64,000 nucleotides of DNA from Lingula anatina (Eukaryota; Animalia; Brachiopoda), in assembly GCA_051362555.1 (NCBI GenBank), contig CM120640.1:20708001-20772000 (forward strand), given 5' to 3'. Position numbers and translations under genes: made by a program. This document shows positions 14,845-29,600 of this stretch, piece by piece. The notes beneath the pieces were generated by a model that saw only the letters and a list, made by a program, of their open reading frames with translations, searched no databases and was not told the origin of the DNA. The first letter of the stretch is position 1. Each line of letters starts with the position of its first letter.

Positions 14845-15494
14845 GTAAGTCGTGTGTTTATCATTTTTCTGTTTTTTTTTTTGTCTTCCCAACAGGCTGT
14901 TACTGATGAACAGTATTCGTGGCAATAATAGCAACTAAAGTTCATTGTTTCGAGTAAAATGCACATAATAAATTTCTCATATTTGGTCAGCAGTATGCGG
15001 TTTATTTATAGTTTTGTGTTTGTGGAAAGAAATAAGTGCTTTATTCTTTTCAAATGTATTTGTTCACAAGTGTGTGTGTGTGTCTGTGTTTGTGTGTGCG
15101 TGCGTGCGTGCTCATGCGTGTGTGCGCGCGTGTGTGTACAGAATTAATTCATAAAAATGAAGCGTTCTCTCGGTGCTTTTTCTTCCAAGAGCAAAACCCA
15201 TTTTACTATCCCCATATTTGGTGTATTTTGATAAGCTCCCATCTGAACTTCAAAGGGCCGCCAGACCAACCGCTGCAACCCATATCAAAAGGGTTCTTGA
15301 ATTTTCTTAAATGCACAGATGCACAATGGTCGCATTTTCCGTGGAACTTTTCTTCAAAATGGATAAAAAAAACACATGCATGTTTTTTTTATGTTTGATG
15401 GGGGTAGGGTGAGGTGAATCCAGTTGTTTCCGGTTACTTAGTAAAATAGTAACAGTGTTACTTTTCAAAAGTTTTCTGAAGTTCAATGCATCTG

Positions 15495-15543
<49 letters not shown>

Positions 15544-18500
15544 CCCAGAATGATAGTGAAATATCTCCTTGAACATAAACAAGGCGTGCTATAGATGACC
15601 TTTTGTTCCCTTTTAGTTTGTTGTTGACCTTATATTACATGGTTTAGATATCATCTATATCAGATTTGATATCAGTTTAATCTGGAAACAATGATTGTAA
15701 GCACGTGAATACGCTCTTTAACAATTGTCTTTCCCGCCGATCTTCAAAACAGATTAATTTATTTTTATTTTGTTTTGATGACATATAGATAAGAAAAGAT
15801 AGAGTACAATAACATTGTTTATTTCTTCTAATAAAACCATGCAATCCTTGTTGTGAAGGAAAGAATAATAGATGTTATTATATTGGAAGGGTTATTTTCA
15901 CTTTTTTATAAACTTTTCTTGATGTCCATTGAAAAATCATTTGTATACATCCAGTACACAATTATGAACGCGATCTCGTATCAACATTTTATGTATCTGG
16001 TCCTTTCCGAAATTCGCTGTCAATTGATAAGCCTCCCTTTGTTTTTCTCGAATTTCGAAAGTCTTAATTTTAATTTAAAAGAAAATTATAACAAGGTGTA
16101 TCTAAGTCATCTAATGACCATCAGGGTCAAATTTTGCTTTGTTATTTTACACAGAATTGACCCATATACTAGACAGAAATAAGGGTAAAGTTGTTACTTT
16201 TAGCTTCCTACATATCCCCATACCCGATGCGAACTACAGGTACACTGTATATATAGATTAGTTTGGGGTATTTTACAAAACTTTTCCCAAGCCTTTTCCC
16301 AAGTTTTGGTAGGGGAGAGTAGTAGCCTACATGCCATTTTGACTTGGATAAGGGGAGGGCTTTATTTGGTTATGAGTCTGATATAAAGCTCATGGTTTAT
16401 TTATGTATACAGTGTTGAGATATATTTTCATTCATTCATGTATTATTATAGCGCAACGAGTCACATTGCTTTATAATAGGAGAGCGCCCAGGCTCTCGGG
16501 CTTATACATGTGCTAAAGTCCCTTTGTCGTTTATAATATATCAATTTTCGATATTAAGAAGTTTGTGTGATTGTTAATTTTCATAAAAGTAACTGCATAT
16601 TTGTCTTCACAATATGATCTGCTAGGTAATCGCAATATACTGATCCACCTCACCCTATGATTATCGTTTTTCTGTGAAGCACTGCATAATGGCAATTTCT
16701 TTTCCACTAAACCCATTATCTCCGCTAGCATTTGTGAAATACCCGATCATGTCAATGCATGACAGTGCAAAATATGCACTCATCTATTTCTACCGATACA
16801 ACTTTTTTGCTTGTCATCGCCTATAAGATGGATTATTCCGAGTTGCCCAGAGAATGCACTAAAGTTTCTCTTTTCCTTTCGTTTTAATACAAACTCTTTG
16901 GACCATAAGCATGGATAGGTCTTATAACAACAATGGGTCTTTCATTAGTTCCGCCAGTTTTTGAAAAGCATAAATGAAAGAATTGTTATGTACATATATC
17001 ATAGTGTGTTTATTTGTTCTCTTTGACGCCTAACTTTTAGTGAAACGTGCTTGTAATACAATAGCACGTCTTCCCAGAAAAAATATTTTCGGGATGAGTC
17101 ACTGTTAAACGAAACTTAGTATAATAAAATCATAAGAATCTCGGGGGTGGGAGTGCCCCTCCCCTATAGCTGTTTTCGTTTATTATTTATTTATTTATTT
17201 AACTACCTGTTTAAATTATTATTCTGAAATTCTGGTTTATATATATCCAGACATTGTACATATATGACTGAGTAAATATTGATCACTGTGTCCTGTCAGT
17301 GTCGCCGCTGTTGCTGCCACTGCTGGAAACTAGGGACCCTTTTTACACAGAGGGAAACCATTTAAATTGAAAAGTGGCCAATTCTTCAGTTTTAAGTTTT
17401 TCTTTCTTTTGCATCAGCTCAAATTAAAAACATTAATACAGTATTAACTTGCCATTGGTGCGGTGAAAACTATACAGGATAAACCGGTGACACACTCCGA
17501 CCAAGTGCTTTAAAAACACTTTGTTTCGACACGGCATGATTGTCAAAAGAGAATGCACTGAAAGTCAATATAGATTTTTACCACTCATACAACTAATCAA
17601 TTCAAACTTGAAAGGGGGCATTAAAGATAATCATTCCATAAAATTATCAGTTTATACTGCCTTTTCTACATAGGGTTATAATATTATAGATTCCTTTGTT
17701 AAATAAAATGATATCTGTGCCCTGCAGTAAAAAACACTATAGTACTCCAAGTGTTGTTTTCGTAACAATTTTCGTAGCAATCGCACTGATGGAATAAAAC
17801 CGGTCAGGATAAAATGCAGCTGTTCTTGTGTGTGTGTGTGTGTATGTGGGTGTGTGTGATCGGTGATGTATTGGAATTAATTAAATATATTATAAATATT
17901 TATCACTTAAACACTTTATAAAATGAAGTGAAAATAAATCAACAGCAAGAATTGATACACACTAGATCATACAGAAATCATTTATGACATGTAGGCCTAT
18001 ACCAAATAAATACCAATATATATGGATTAAGCTTTACATTTATTGCAAACAAATATTCCAAGACACGAACGAACCAAAAATCAACCCACCCAGGTGCTCC
18101 ACTCTTTTCACACCTCAACTTTGTAATTTCTTTCGCACTTGTCATATGTCATGTGCGGTAAACCCCGGTCAGTAATAAATGACAGTGTATCCGCATTCCA
18201 AATGTTAAAAACTGTCGCTATGGGCACTGCACTTCTTTTGAAACTAAAGGACATCACGACTGATAAATAAACTAGATGTTGCCGATGGGGAGAGTTCCAG
18301 CAACTGATAAATAGGAAAAAACGAACAAATATTTATTCCATTTGTTAAACGCTATAGAAATTAAGATGAAGTGTAACAGCCAAAATTTCGTCTCCTGACC
18401 AGTTGTGACGAAGCTATTGGCTTGTCTTCGTCATGTTACGCGAGGTAGCAAATACAACTCAGATATTATCTTTCTTATCATTTATTGAACTACTGTCCAG

Positions 18501-21500
18501 TTATTACCCGCGCCGCTTCTTTCATTTCTATTCCTACCTCATGCAATCTCTAGCGGCCTTCTCTCTGTTTACACTAAGCGCAGTTGTATAAATACCATAA
18601 GAGCATGTCAATCAACTTAAGTTACTCTACTAAACACTCCCCACTCTTATTCACTGCATGCTGTCACTTACTAACATTACATTATCTCCCGGGGACGATA
18701 TGCCTGTCCCTAGGCATATTTAAAATTAAAATATACGTTAATTAAAAGTAAACTTTCTTAAACACTGTATTTGTCTATTATCATAAATTCATGCAAAACA
18801 AAACTAAGTACATAGATTTTTATAATAAACTTACGATAAGATAGCAATACATTTGACATGAAACCCCAAATATAACTTAAAGGAAGATAGATTGACAACT
18901 CTTCAGAAAATATGGTTGTTCGTGGATGTGTATTTACATGTTGTAATGTGCGGCCCAAGAGTACAGATACTTTTAATTGTTTTCTCCGCGCAGATGTTTA
19001 AATCTGTTACTCTCTTATTATGGCTCTGACACATTTCCATATACGGTTTCTCTTTTCTAGTTGTTATTTCAGATAAAGTATGCACTACGTGAGACAATAG
19101 GGTTAGCTACTCCCTGTCCGATGAATAGCATTCACCACAGCATTGCCCAGCGCATCGTCTATGATGAAATACCTTTTCATCTTCATATTTATCCACACTG
19201 TAGCGCTCTCTTTTGATGGCTATAAGAGAAACAATCGTTTTATATCAAACCCAATCCACGATTGAACAAAAATGTACCGAAAAAATAATATGGTAAGAAT
19301 CTTCCTTAATGCATATCATCAGTTTCACGTCATCATCTTTATAAAAGTTAAGTACACTGTTCCTATACTAATAACTGTATAGTTAAATATCAATAACTAA
19401 TAACTATAAGACCGACAAACTGAATATAGATATATTATAAATACTAAACGTATTTATTATTCAACACACAATACTTAACGTGTCATTATAACCACATGCA
19501 ATAACATTTGACGCAAAGTTAACCAATAAAATCTAAAGTTCATTTCCCACAAATGAATAGTTCCATTTGGTATGGTCCGTTACATCCTCCTTGAATTTTA
19601 GCACGTAAGTTCAGTTAGCATATAATGTCAAATCCGTCCTTCTAGACAGTGCATAGCGATTGTCATCTGCCACTCATTGTATATGGATAAACGTCTTATT
19701 CGCGCACGTTGGCATACGTGTGGATAAATGTTCACAGTTCCCTGTATGTCCACGAACGTCTATGTCCAGCGTTTACGAATATATCCAAAATGAATGAAGC
19801 AGAAATGCATGTCAAGAAAAACTTAACTACGTATATTATAACAATCATCATCAAACTTGAATACAGTCACATTTAACAGGCAAGATTTTAACTTGCCATA
19901 GTATTATCCATCCAAAAGATTATGATAACAATAAAACATATATGGAACCATGCTAATAATACGATAATTTTTCCAACAATAATACTTATGCTAATAATAA
20001 AAATAATAATAATAACGCAATCTGGCGTCCCAGATGCTAATATTTATCTGGCGTCCCAGATTTTAGTATTTATATGACGTCATGCTCACACTTTTATACC
20101 TCAACTCCACGTATTCAGTTATCCATAACCACATTGATATCCGCCACATCTTAATCATTTTATTCCTCACAATATATCAAATAATATCCAAATATGACCA
20201 TTTATCCTTACATCATTTATACTCATTAACTCATTTGTTCCACTCGATCTTTTGATTGCCAATATAACCACATTATCAACTGACAAGATCATTTTAAGAA
20301 GATCGTCGAAATGCCAGTGATTAGGACTTTAATTAAGGCAATTTGTCGAGAAAGTTCAAACTATTCTCCAATTTTATTCTTCGCAACCCAAAAACATAAT
20401 TTTATTGAAGGGACTTCCAATAAGGTAGATTAATCATAATCTTAATATTTGCTTGTCACCTTCAAAGGTGCATGCGCACTATCGATGATGTTTGACATTG
20501 CAAGGGGGTAGTGGGCGAAACAGAAGGGGTATTCTTATGAAAAGAAACCGAAACAAAGTGCAATGATAATTAGTATTGCCTGAAATTAAGGTGAATGCCA
20601 TTTAAGTGTCGTATCCTGTAAAAGAAAATTTAAAAACTCGTTATGATGGATATTAAAATTATAAGAGTAGGCGAACAACGAAAAATTCATTCGCTGCCTG
20701 GCTAACCTGGAAAATTTTATCAATATTGATTAGTGCAACATTTTTGTTCAAGTCAACAACAAAATATTTTCAAATGCAGTTCTCCGTCTTGTCACGAATT
20801 TTTCAACAGTGAAGTGAGATATCTCAGCTGTTGGCATCTCTTCAAACATTCCGCAACCTGTAAAATTCTTAAGGTCAATAGATGCATAAAATGTAAACGG
20901 AAATGAGTTTACTTAATAAACATAAGACGTATAAAAAAAATGAATAATGTTTATATTTATCTAAATTAGCAGGTAACGGAAAATATAAGACATACAAAAT
21001 ATATTCACCAAACAAATTTTATAACGAGTCTACAACCAATTCAAATTATTTCTTTAATCAATACTCACACTTACTTACGTGAATCTTTTACGGATTCCGA
21101 GGGAAAATGAGGGACAACCATATCGCCGTTGAACTCCTAATAGTATTGTCCTAGAAAAGACTTAGCGTACATGTTTAAAAACAAACGTCAATGCCATTGA
21201 AATTTAAGAGCATCTTTTAATATTTTCCATAAAAAGTTTAATGACATCACTTTATGATAGTCTCTTTATAAATATCTTAATTCTATCCAATTAAAATTCA
21301 ACTTCGTCACGTTTGCTACTCCCATCTTACTGTCCTGCTTACAGCGTATTAATATCAGTTGCGTCTGTTAACCAATTTTTAAACGGGCGTGTTCTATTTC
21401 ATTGACACACCCCTACTTAATTTTCTTTCCCGTCACTTTAATATTATTCTCTTTAATGTCACCTCGTTTAGTTTTTAATTGGATCCCTAATATTCTAACC

Positions 21501-23601
21501 AAAAGGGAATCCATTTCCAATAAGATGCTGTGCTTCAACTTTTTATCTGACGCGACCTCGTAAGTCTTTTACTTCAAATAATTCATCAGTGGTCTGGGAC
21601 AAATTCGCTTGTCCTCCAGCCTCATTTTCTCGTTCTTCTTCATTTTTCTATTTTTTTCTTACTCTCTTTGTTTATGGGCAAAGTTAGCAACGAAGCCCTG
21701 GAGTTATTTTGAAGGAACTTTCCTTGTCAAACATTCAACACAAGAACGAACATAATGACATCTGTAAATGACCTTTTCTAAAAAGTACACCGTGTGCGTA
21801 ATGGTAACTACGTGTTTTGAATAACCTTATGACCGATTGCATTATCGTTGTGTAAACTAGACAAAACTTTATACTCTAACTTGTCTGAAAAACAAGTTGC
21901 AAAGAACCTCCTGGGTGGGGTGATTTTCTGCCATCAATTATCACGTTATCTCCTATCTCTAACAACAAGTAGCCGAGCGCCTTTACAACTAAGTGGAAGT
22001 TCGTCTAATGTCAAGTATGTGATAATTGACGCAAAATTCTTATCTTTACGTTGGAGTTTTTAAAACAATACCTCTTTAAAACAAATGCCTCGCAATCTTG
22101 ACATTTTGACAATGTCATATTTTTGTCACCTTTCACTAACTGTTAAAAGCATTCCAGACCTTTAAATTCGTAGCCACTCTGTTTTAATTTAAAGTAAAGT
22201 ACTTGTGTCTAGATCTAACATATGTATTCTGTTCAAACATGCATCATTAAAAAACTGTGCGGGGTTTATTAGGTTTTTCTAAGTTTTATTCTTCAACGTT
22301 TCCCTCATGGTAATGGCGGCGGCTAATCGCTTCTGCATTCGCGAGGTGTTTACCTTTACTCTGCTTAATTGAAATCTGTTAGGGGATAAATTCAATAACC
22401 AATAATTCATTACTTCTAGAAATTCGATTACATTCAAATGGGCATGGAATTCTGGCACTGCCTTACACTTTGTCAACGCGAATATCAGTTACTGAAACTA
22501 TGTACCCTTAATACCTGACCTCTTCTCGCGCCATGAAACTATTCAGATAATGCTAAGTTTGCATAACTCGGCCTTCGTAAAACTGTTTACCTCACTAAGG
22601 CAATATTCGAAATTGTGACTGGCTACCATAAAGTCATCGAAATATCGCAAAAAGAATTTTCTAAAATAATCGCTTAAAGCAATTGTCTTACCTTCCGTTT
22701 TATGTTTGTCCAATTCCAATCTCCCATCTAGATACTTTGTGTTCGCCTACGTATTTTCGTCCGGTGATCGTTCTCTCTCTTTTCGACAAGACTCATGATG
22801 TCAAACATCTATGTTTATATTTTGCATCCTCCACATTTTGTGACGAAGCTATTGGCTTGTCTTCGTCATGTTACGCGAGGTAGCAAATACAACTCAGATA
22901 TTATCTTTCTTATCATTTATTGAACTACTGTCCAGTTATTACCCGCGCCGCTTCTTTCATTTCTATTCCTACCTCATGCAATCTCTAGCGGCCTTCTCTC
23001 TGTTTACGCTAAGCGCAGTTGTATAAATACCATAAGAGCATGTCAATCAACTTAAGTTACTCTACTAAACACTCCCCACTCTTATTCACTGCATGCTGTC
23101 ACTTACTAACATTACATTGTCAGTCTTAATCACGGTAATGAGGGCTGTGATAGGTAATGCAACCTATCACACCATGTGTGTTGGTTCAGTCAGGTGACTC
23201 CACCTCTGCTTGCCACCTCTCCCTCAGGAGTGGAAGCTAAAGGTTGGGTAACTTACCTGGGGGGGGGGGGGGGGGGGGGGATGGGTTGTATTACTTTTCG
23301 TCATGATTGCGTAATTATCGCGTTTTATTTACAACTGCTTTTGTAAATAGGCCTACCTCGCTGCATTGTCGTGCCTTGCAGAGAGTGATATTCATCTACT
23401 GTGTGTTTATTCGAGCGCTCGCGTGTTTGATTGTTGTAATAGAACGTTTAAAATAATACTTATATAAACCTTATAAGGTGCCATCAATGACATACGTTCA
23501 TTCTTTCCTAAAAAATTATTTTCTAATTTTACAAGCTTTTAAGTAGAGCCTATTAGTAGATGCATCCTAGATTTTATCAGCCAGTTCGTCTGTTGAACCG
23601 A

Positions 23602-23664
<63 letters not shown>

Positions 23665-26600
23665 TGACTTTCAAACAACGCACTCTTTATAAGAATAGAT
23701 GGATGTTCTTCATAAGAAAAGTTGGATGTTTGTTTTTCATTTTAGGTTTACTTACCGAGGGGTAGCAGTGGATAATCTTGTGGCATTTTTAACACTTTTT
23801 TCACTCCGTACATGCACCTGACCGGTATTTTGAAATTTCCAGCTTGCCCCGGGGGTGGCAGTGCCCTGGGTATGAAGGACGGACGAATCACAGACCAGCA
23901 GTTGTCTGCATCTAGCATTTACAGAGCTGACTCAACCCCCCAGATGGCTCGACTGAATAACACGGCATCAGGTAGGTGAAAATAACACAAAATGGGACAA
24001 AATATACATTCTACCAAGATATGCAGTTTAAAGTCCAAAATTAGTACTTAGTGGCATAGCCACGTGACCTAATAATAGCTGCCAGTCTGCGAGGCAAGGA
24101 TTCTTATAATTTTCTGATCCCTTCAGGGCTTATGCTGGCCCAAGCATGAAACACTGAATCTAACAGAGTTTGTCTGCTGGTTGGACGGGCATTTGTCAAA
24201 AGTTTTGACATATCATTCCACACATTTTCTATTATGTTTGCATCTGGACTCTGGGCAGGCCACATCACCCTGCGAATGTCCTGTTGGTCAAACCAATCAT
24301 CAACTGCTCTGGGTCTGTGACTAGGAGCATTGTCATCCTGGTGAATAAATGGATAATTCCTGTCACCAAACATGTTAGTAATAGATGGTACATGTAGCAA
24401 GCCTGACTCCAAAACATCGATATATTTCTGGTGATTCATGTTTCCATCAACCACTACCAATTCACCCACGCCACGGATGCTGATGCAGCCCCACACATGA
24501 TAGATATGCAGCTCCGGGTTCGAAAATTCAGTGCCTGTGGTTCAAATGCTTTACCAGCAGTTCTCCAGCATCGGACCCGTCTGTCATCAGAGGTCAGACC
24601 AAAGCGGCACTCATAAAAAATTATATAAGACCATTTGTCATCGACTGTCCAGTTCCAGATCCTGTTGGCCTTAGTTCACTCTACGTTGCCTGTTTTGTAA
24701 CGATATAAGATGTTTCAGTCTTGCTACCCTGCTGTACACTCTCTGAGCATGTAACCGACGCCTAGCAGTTTTCACAGACAGATTCTTATGTGTGAAATTG
24801 TTCCACAGTGTTGTCAATTGACAAGCAATGTCGAACATTGACAACCTGGACATCAAAATCAGTCGTCGGTCTTCACGGTCGGTAGTTTTTCCTGGACGAC
24901 CCATCAGAGGCAATTTGTCTCTTGATCCAGTGTTTATATACCAAGACCTGACCCTCTGCACAGTTCTGACTGAACAATTCAACTGTATCGATATTCTGAC
25001 ATTGCTTATATCCCGCCTCTTCAGGTTAATAACTTGACCTCTATAATCGTAAGATACTTGCCTGTATCTTGTCATATTGGAGGAAGACAGGAATAACATT
25101 TGCTGTAAATGTACAAGACCAACAATACAATTCCATGGTACAGCGGTTTTATACTCATTAGTCACATTATAAGTAGACCAGGCATTATAACTACCCAAGA
25201 TCTGCCTACTTTGATTGCTCTGATTTAGGGGGTGACACTTCTATTGTCCAGTCACCAGTGTATGTATGGCCAAATAATCCTCAGGCTTATTTTCACTCCA
25301 GTTTTGATTTGATGATTTTATTTATAGACTTATAGACAAAATATGATTACGTACAGCTAATTGTCGATTAAAATATTTATTTTGAGTATTGAGCCATTTG
25401 TTATTTATAGGTTATAGGGGAGCCTGGGTTCCACGGTGGGATCATTCCTACGCAAACGAATACCTTATGATTGACATGCTGGTGCCTCACATTATCACTG
25501 GTATAGCTGTACAGAACGGGGGAGCATACTGGATAAACTACTGGATGAAAGAGTTTGAAATCATGTACGGTAATGATAATTTGTCCTGGAGAAAGTACCA
25601 GCGAGTAGAAGGAGAAGACATGGTGTTTGCTGGGATTTCGTCGCACGCCAGAGACGATATCGTGACGTACACACTGGATCGGCCTTTTTCGGTGAGAATC
25701 GACCGTATCCGCTTGCTAGTTAAGAGACGTTGTTCAGACCAGTGTTAAATGGTAAACATTGTCGATATATGTACATTGTAACTTACAATTGATTTTTTGT
25801 GAAATGGTAAACGTTACAAAAAAAAAAAAAAGTTAAAAAATTTTTGAAAATGTATTATCAAAAATGTTTGAAATATACATAAATATACATGTCCACACAT
25901 CTGCATCAACTTCTGCAATGCAACCTTAAAGTAAGATATAAACGCTTTTCTCTATAGGCAAGGTACATAGTTGTCTCTGCTACCAGTTGGCAGAATGCCC
26001 CCGCCCTTCGTATGGAGCTGTACGGCTGTCACGACCCAAATCCAAGTTCAGCTACTTACACGCTGGTTCAGGCAGATATAGTTGTAAGAAGTTACTTTAT
26101 TTATATTAGTGCGATGTTGTAATGATAAATCGATTGAATGAAAATTAAATTCCACTAATTTATTTTATATCTGAAGTTGGTATCACGTAAGGCATGAAAT
26201 GTTTATGAAATAATGGTAATTAGTCCATAAGGTCTAACCAGAAATTATGTTTAGAAATGAGCATCCTATTCCATTTTTGCAAGTGTATAATATTGGGGGA
26301 GTTATGAGCTCCTAATGTTCTAAAGTCCGTTAACTTCATGTACCTTGCCGATAAGCCATGATTTGGCTAGAAAATAGGAGCAGTCACCTACATGTACCCC
26401 TACTCACTTGTGACATTGTCCGTTACTATCATAGGAAAGGTAGAGCGTGATTGAGTACTGCTGAGCAATCAAAGCCGTCATTTCAAAACGGCCAGGTCAT
26501 ATTTAACTTATCACCGGCAATATAAGCCTTCTTATTGGTTCGAAGGTACAGTATAAATTGTTCCTACAGGACAAAGAGTTATTCTTTTTTACTGACGACT

Positions 26601-29600
26601 TATGAGAATTTGGCACTTTTAGTGTGGTTAACGACTTTCAATATTCATTAATTTATACTTTTTTTTTAGCAAAATCTATAAACAGAAATTACACTCAAAA
26701 AAATAGAAATGGTTTGAAACGATATCGATGGACACCTTACAGACTGAATTGATTGTTTGCAAATTTCATTATCTTTTAGAAATAGTCAAATCAAGAATTA
26801 CAACGAATATTCATCTCCTGATAACTGGTGAGACGAAATGAACTGGGATGTTGATTTAATTTACATTATTAAATTTTGCCACTTACAATTTTATAGACAC
26901 CTTCAACGTGGAGCCCGTCGCAGGGCCCTTTTATTTTAAACCGACCAATCACAGTAACCGCCAATGGTCAGCTGACCATTCAGGCTGGTGTTGACGTCAT
27001 CCTCAATTCTACTTCAGCAGGTTTTTTCGTGCAAGGTAGGTACTGTAGCAGCCCCCACTTTTAGCTTTTTGTTCAATAAAAGGTAACCTCATCAGTGTTG
27101 GTTCACGCAGTTCAGATTTTTAGTGTGTTGTGGTCTTAAAAATACTGGTATTGAATCTAGAACGTTTCTTTTTGATTAGTTTTTATTCCAATGTGTATAT
27201 TGGGGAAGTCAACAAACACGTGTATAGAATTATTTATGGTTAACTGATCATACGGAAGCGTATTGCTGCCTCGTTGTTTTAATTATATTTTGCAATTGCA
27301 ACCTACAATCTCGAAAATTCGAGTTAGTATCTCAAAGTTTAGACTAAGTAACTCCAAATTTCATGTAAGACGGCCTCACTCGAAATTTGGACTTACTAGA
27401 TTTTATAAATATAGCTCGAAGTTTCAATTATATAAATATTTCAAAATTTCGAGACAGGCTCTATAAAGTCGAAATATCGGTAACCAAGTCGAAATTTCAA
27501 AACAAAACAACTAATACGATCCCGTAACTTAAGATCAAAACGCATACTGGGCTTTTTATCCAGGTTGTTTCAGAACAGAAGGTCTGCAGGGATTTGAAGT
27601 GAGGTTTATGAGCAGTGACAAGTCGTCTGCCCTTGGCCGTCGTGGAAACTTTTGGACTGGCATAAAAATCCAGATGCAAAGTATGTCATTGAATTAATTG
27701 ATTTGACAGTATATGCAAAGTACCTTGAGTGCGTAAGCCTGAACAGGTCGTTCGCGTTGTCTTGTTTGTGTAATCAGTTTTAAATCTTTTAATTAATGCT
27801 TCGCTGAACATAAAATAAGGCATGAGTAAAATTATTTGCTTTTCGGGAATTATGAAACATAAATAATTACGAGTGAAGGGGTAACATTTTGTACTTACCC
27901 GAAATCCAGGAAATTCTCCATTGTGGTGTTAACTGCTAGATGAATATTCCGAAAGCTAATTAATACCTCTTTACTCCAGCGTGTGATGTGATAGACCTGA
28001 GTCACACTTTGATTCAAGGAGCAGAAATTGGACTGAACCTCCTCACAAGTGGCGCTGTCTTAAACATGGATCACGTATTTGTAAGACACTGCAGCTCAGT
28101 CGGGGTAAGATTAGCGTCCGTCAACTTAACCATGAATTACTCAGAGGCGTCCAACTGCGGGGGAGATGGTGTCGAATATAATGGCAATGGTAACATATCT
28201 GTGACCGGTAGTCGTTTTACGGAGAATTACAATCAAGGGTTCTACTTTTACAGAACGTCAGGCAGCACAAACAGAATTACCTTCGACAAATGCTATTTTC
28301 GTTCGACGCGTAATCGACTGTTATATCTGTACCAAATGGTTTCAACTGTTATCCAAATTGAGAACTCTACATTCATTTCTGGGTACAGCAGTGGTCTGGA
28401 AATTAGTACAAGTAGTGATTATTATAATGGTGCAAATATTTCTGTGACTAACAGTTCGTTTAGTGGAAGGTCAAACACACTTTATGTTTATGATCGGTTC
28501 AGGTCATCGATTACTCCAAACACTTACGTAGTAGCAGGGAATGTATTTAACGGCGCTGTGCACCTAGAGTGGCAAAACTACCGAAATCCCAACCAAAAAC
28601 TGACATTCCATAACAACACTCTAAATTCGTCCACCAGCAACCCCCTGTACATCTACAGGGTCAGAGGTCAGGCCAATTTCACTTCAAATCGTTTTTACAA
28701 TAACGGATACAGGTCTCTGATAATATTGCGTGACGAAGCCCCTCCTCTAACAATCAGAGACAACGTTTTTCTCCAGAATTCTGGACCTTCTGTGTTGGAA
28801 GTTGCACGTATAACTGGTGATGCATTTTTGGGACATATTGAAAGGAATGTCTTCAGGAACAACAGTGCCACTGTTACACTGGAACTTTCAGGCAAAGCAA
28901 ACGCCACGGTCAACGAGAATACGTTCGAGAACTTTGCCGCCAATCGGGAGGTTCAAATAGCAAAATCGTGGAATCGAACCCAATCGATGGACATGCGGTA
29001 CAATTACTGGGGAACCGCTGACCCTCACAATATCTCCGCCCGTGTGGACGACTTCTACATCAACAACCGAAAGGCAGTGGCGAAGTTGTCGCCATATCTG
29101 TCTACGGACAATGCGACAAAGGCCAACGGACCATTTGGTACCATTGAAAGACAGTACAACAGTACTGAATCAGATGGTATTGGCGGTGTTCTTATTGGAG
29201 ATACCAGCATCGCGCCAGTTACGCTACCAAACGGCACGGCGGTCCCTATCAATGTGAGGTACACAATCTACGTTCCACAGGGTGCCAGTCTTACAATAGA
29301 TCCAGGGGTGTCTTTGAAGTTCCTGGAGAACAGAGGGATTGTGGTTGATGGCAAGTAACGTTATTCTTGATATTACACAATCAAACCTTATAATCCACAT
29401 TACAAAAACATTAATACCATGTGAAATAGTGTCTTTAAAGGTGCTACATATTTCATTCGACCTGAGAGTAATTGTAATGAATCATTCTAACACTGTGCAA
29501 GTAGAGTCTCCTACATATTTCATCAAGAGAATTACACAAAACTTAGCTTCTCAAGTTACATATATCTTACCAAAGTATATGTAAACATGTGATGGACATA

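Larger units (their letters stand above)
18404..23116 (-). mobile_element. Non-autonomous, decayed Ty3/Gypsy LTR retrotransposon in intron 1
   Basis: 278-bp direct repeats with TG...CA ends. Minus strand shows a tRNA-Ala-like PBS next to the right LTR, an RT relic (DYFRKFFLRYFDDFMVAS, YFDD at 22633-22644), an integrase H2C2 relic (21713-21858) and a short purine tract GGGAGATAA before the left LTR. RT before INT is Gypsy order. No clear TSD. Confidence 0.88.
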
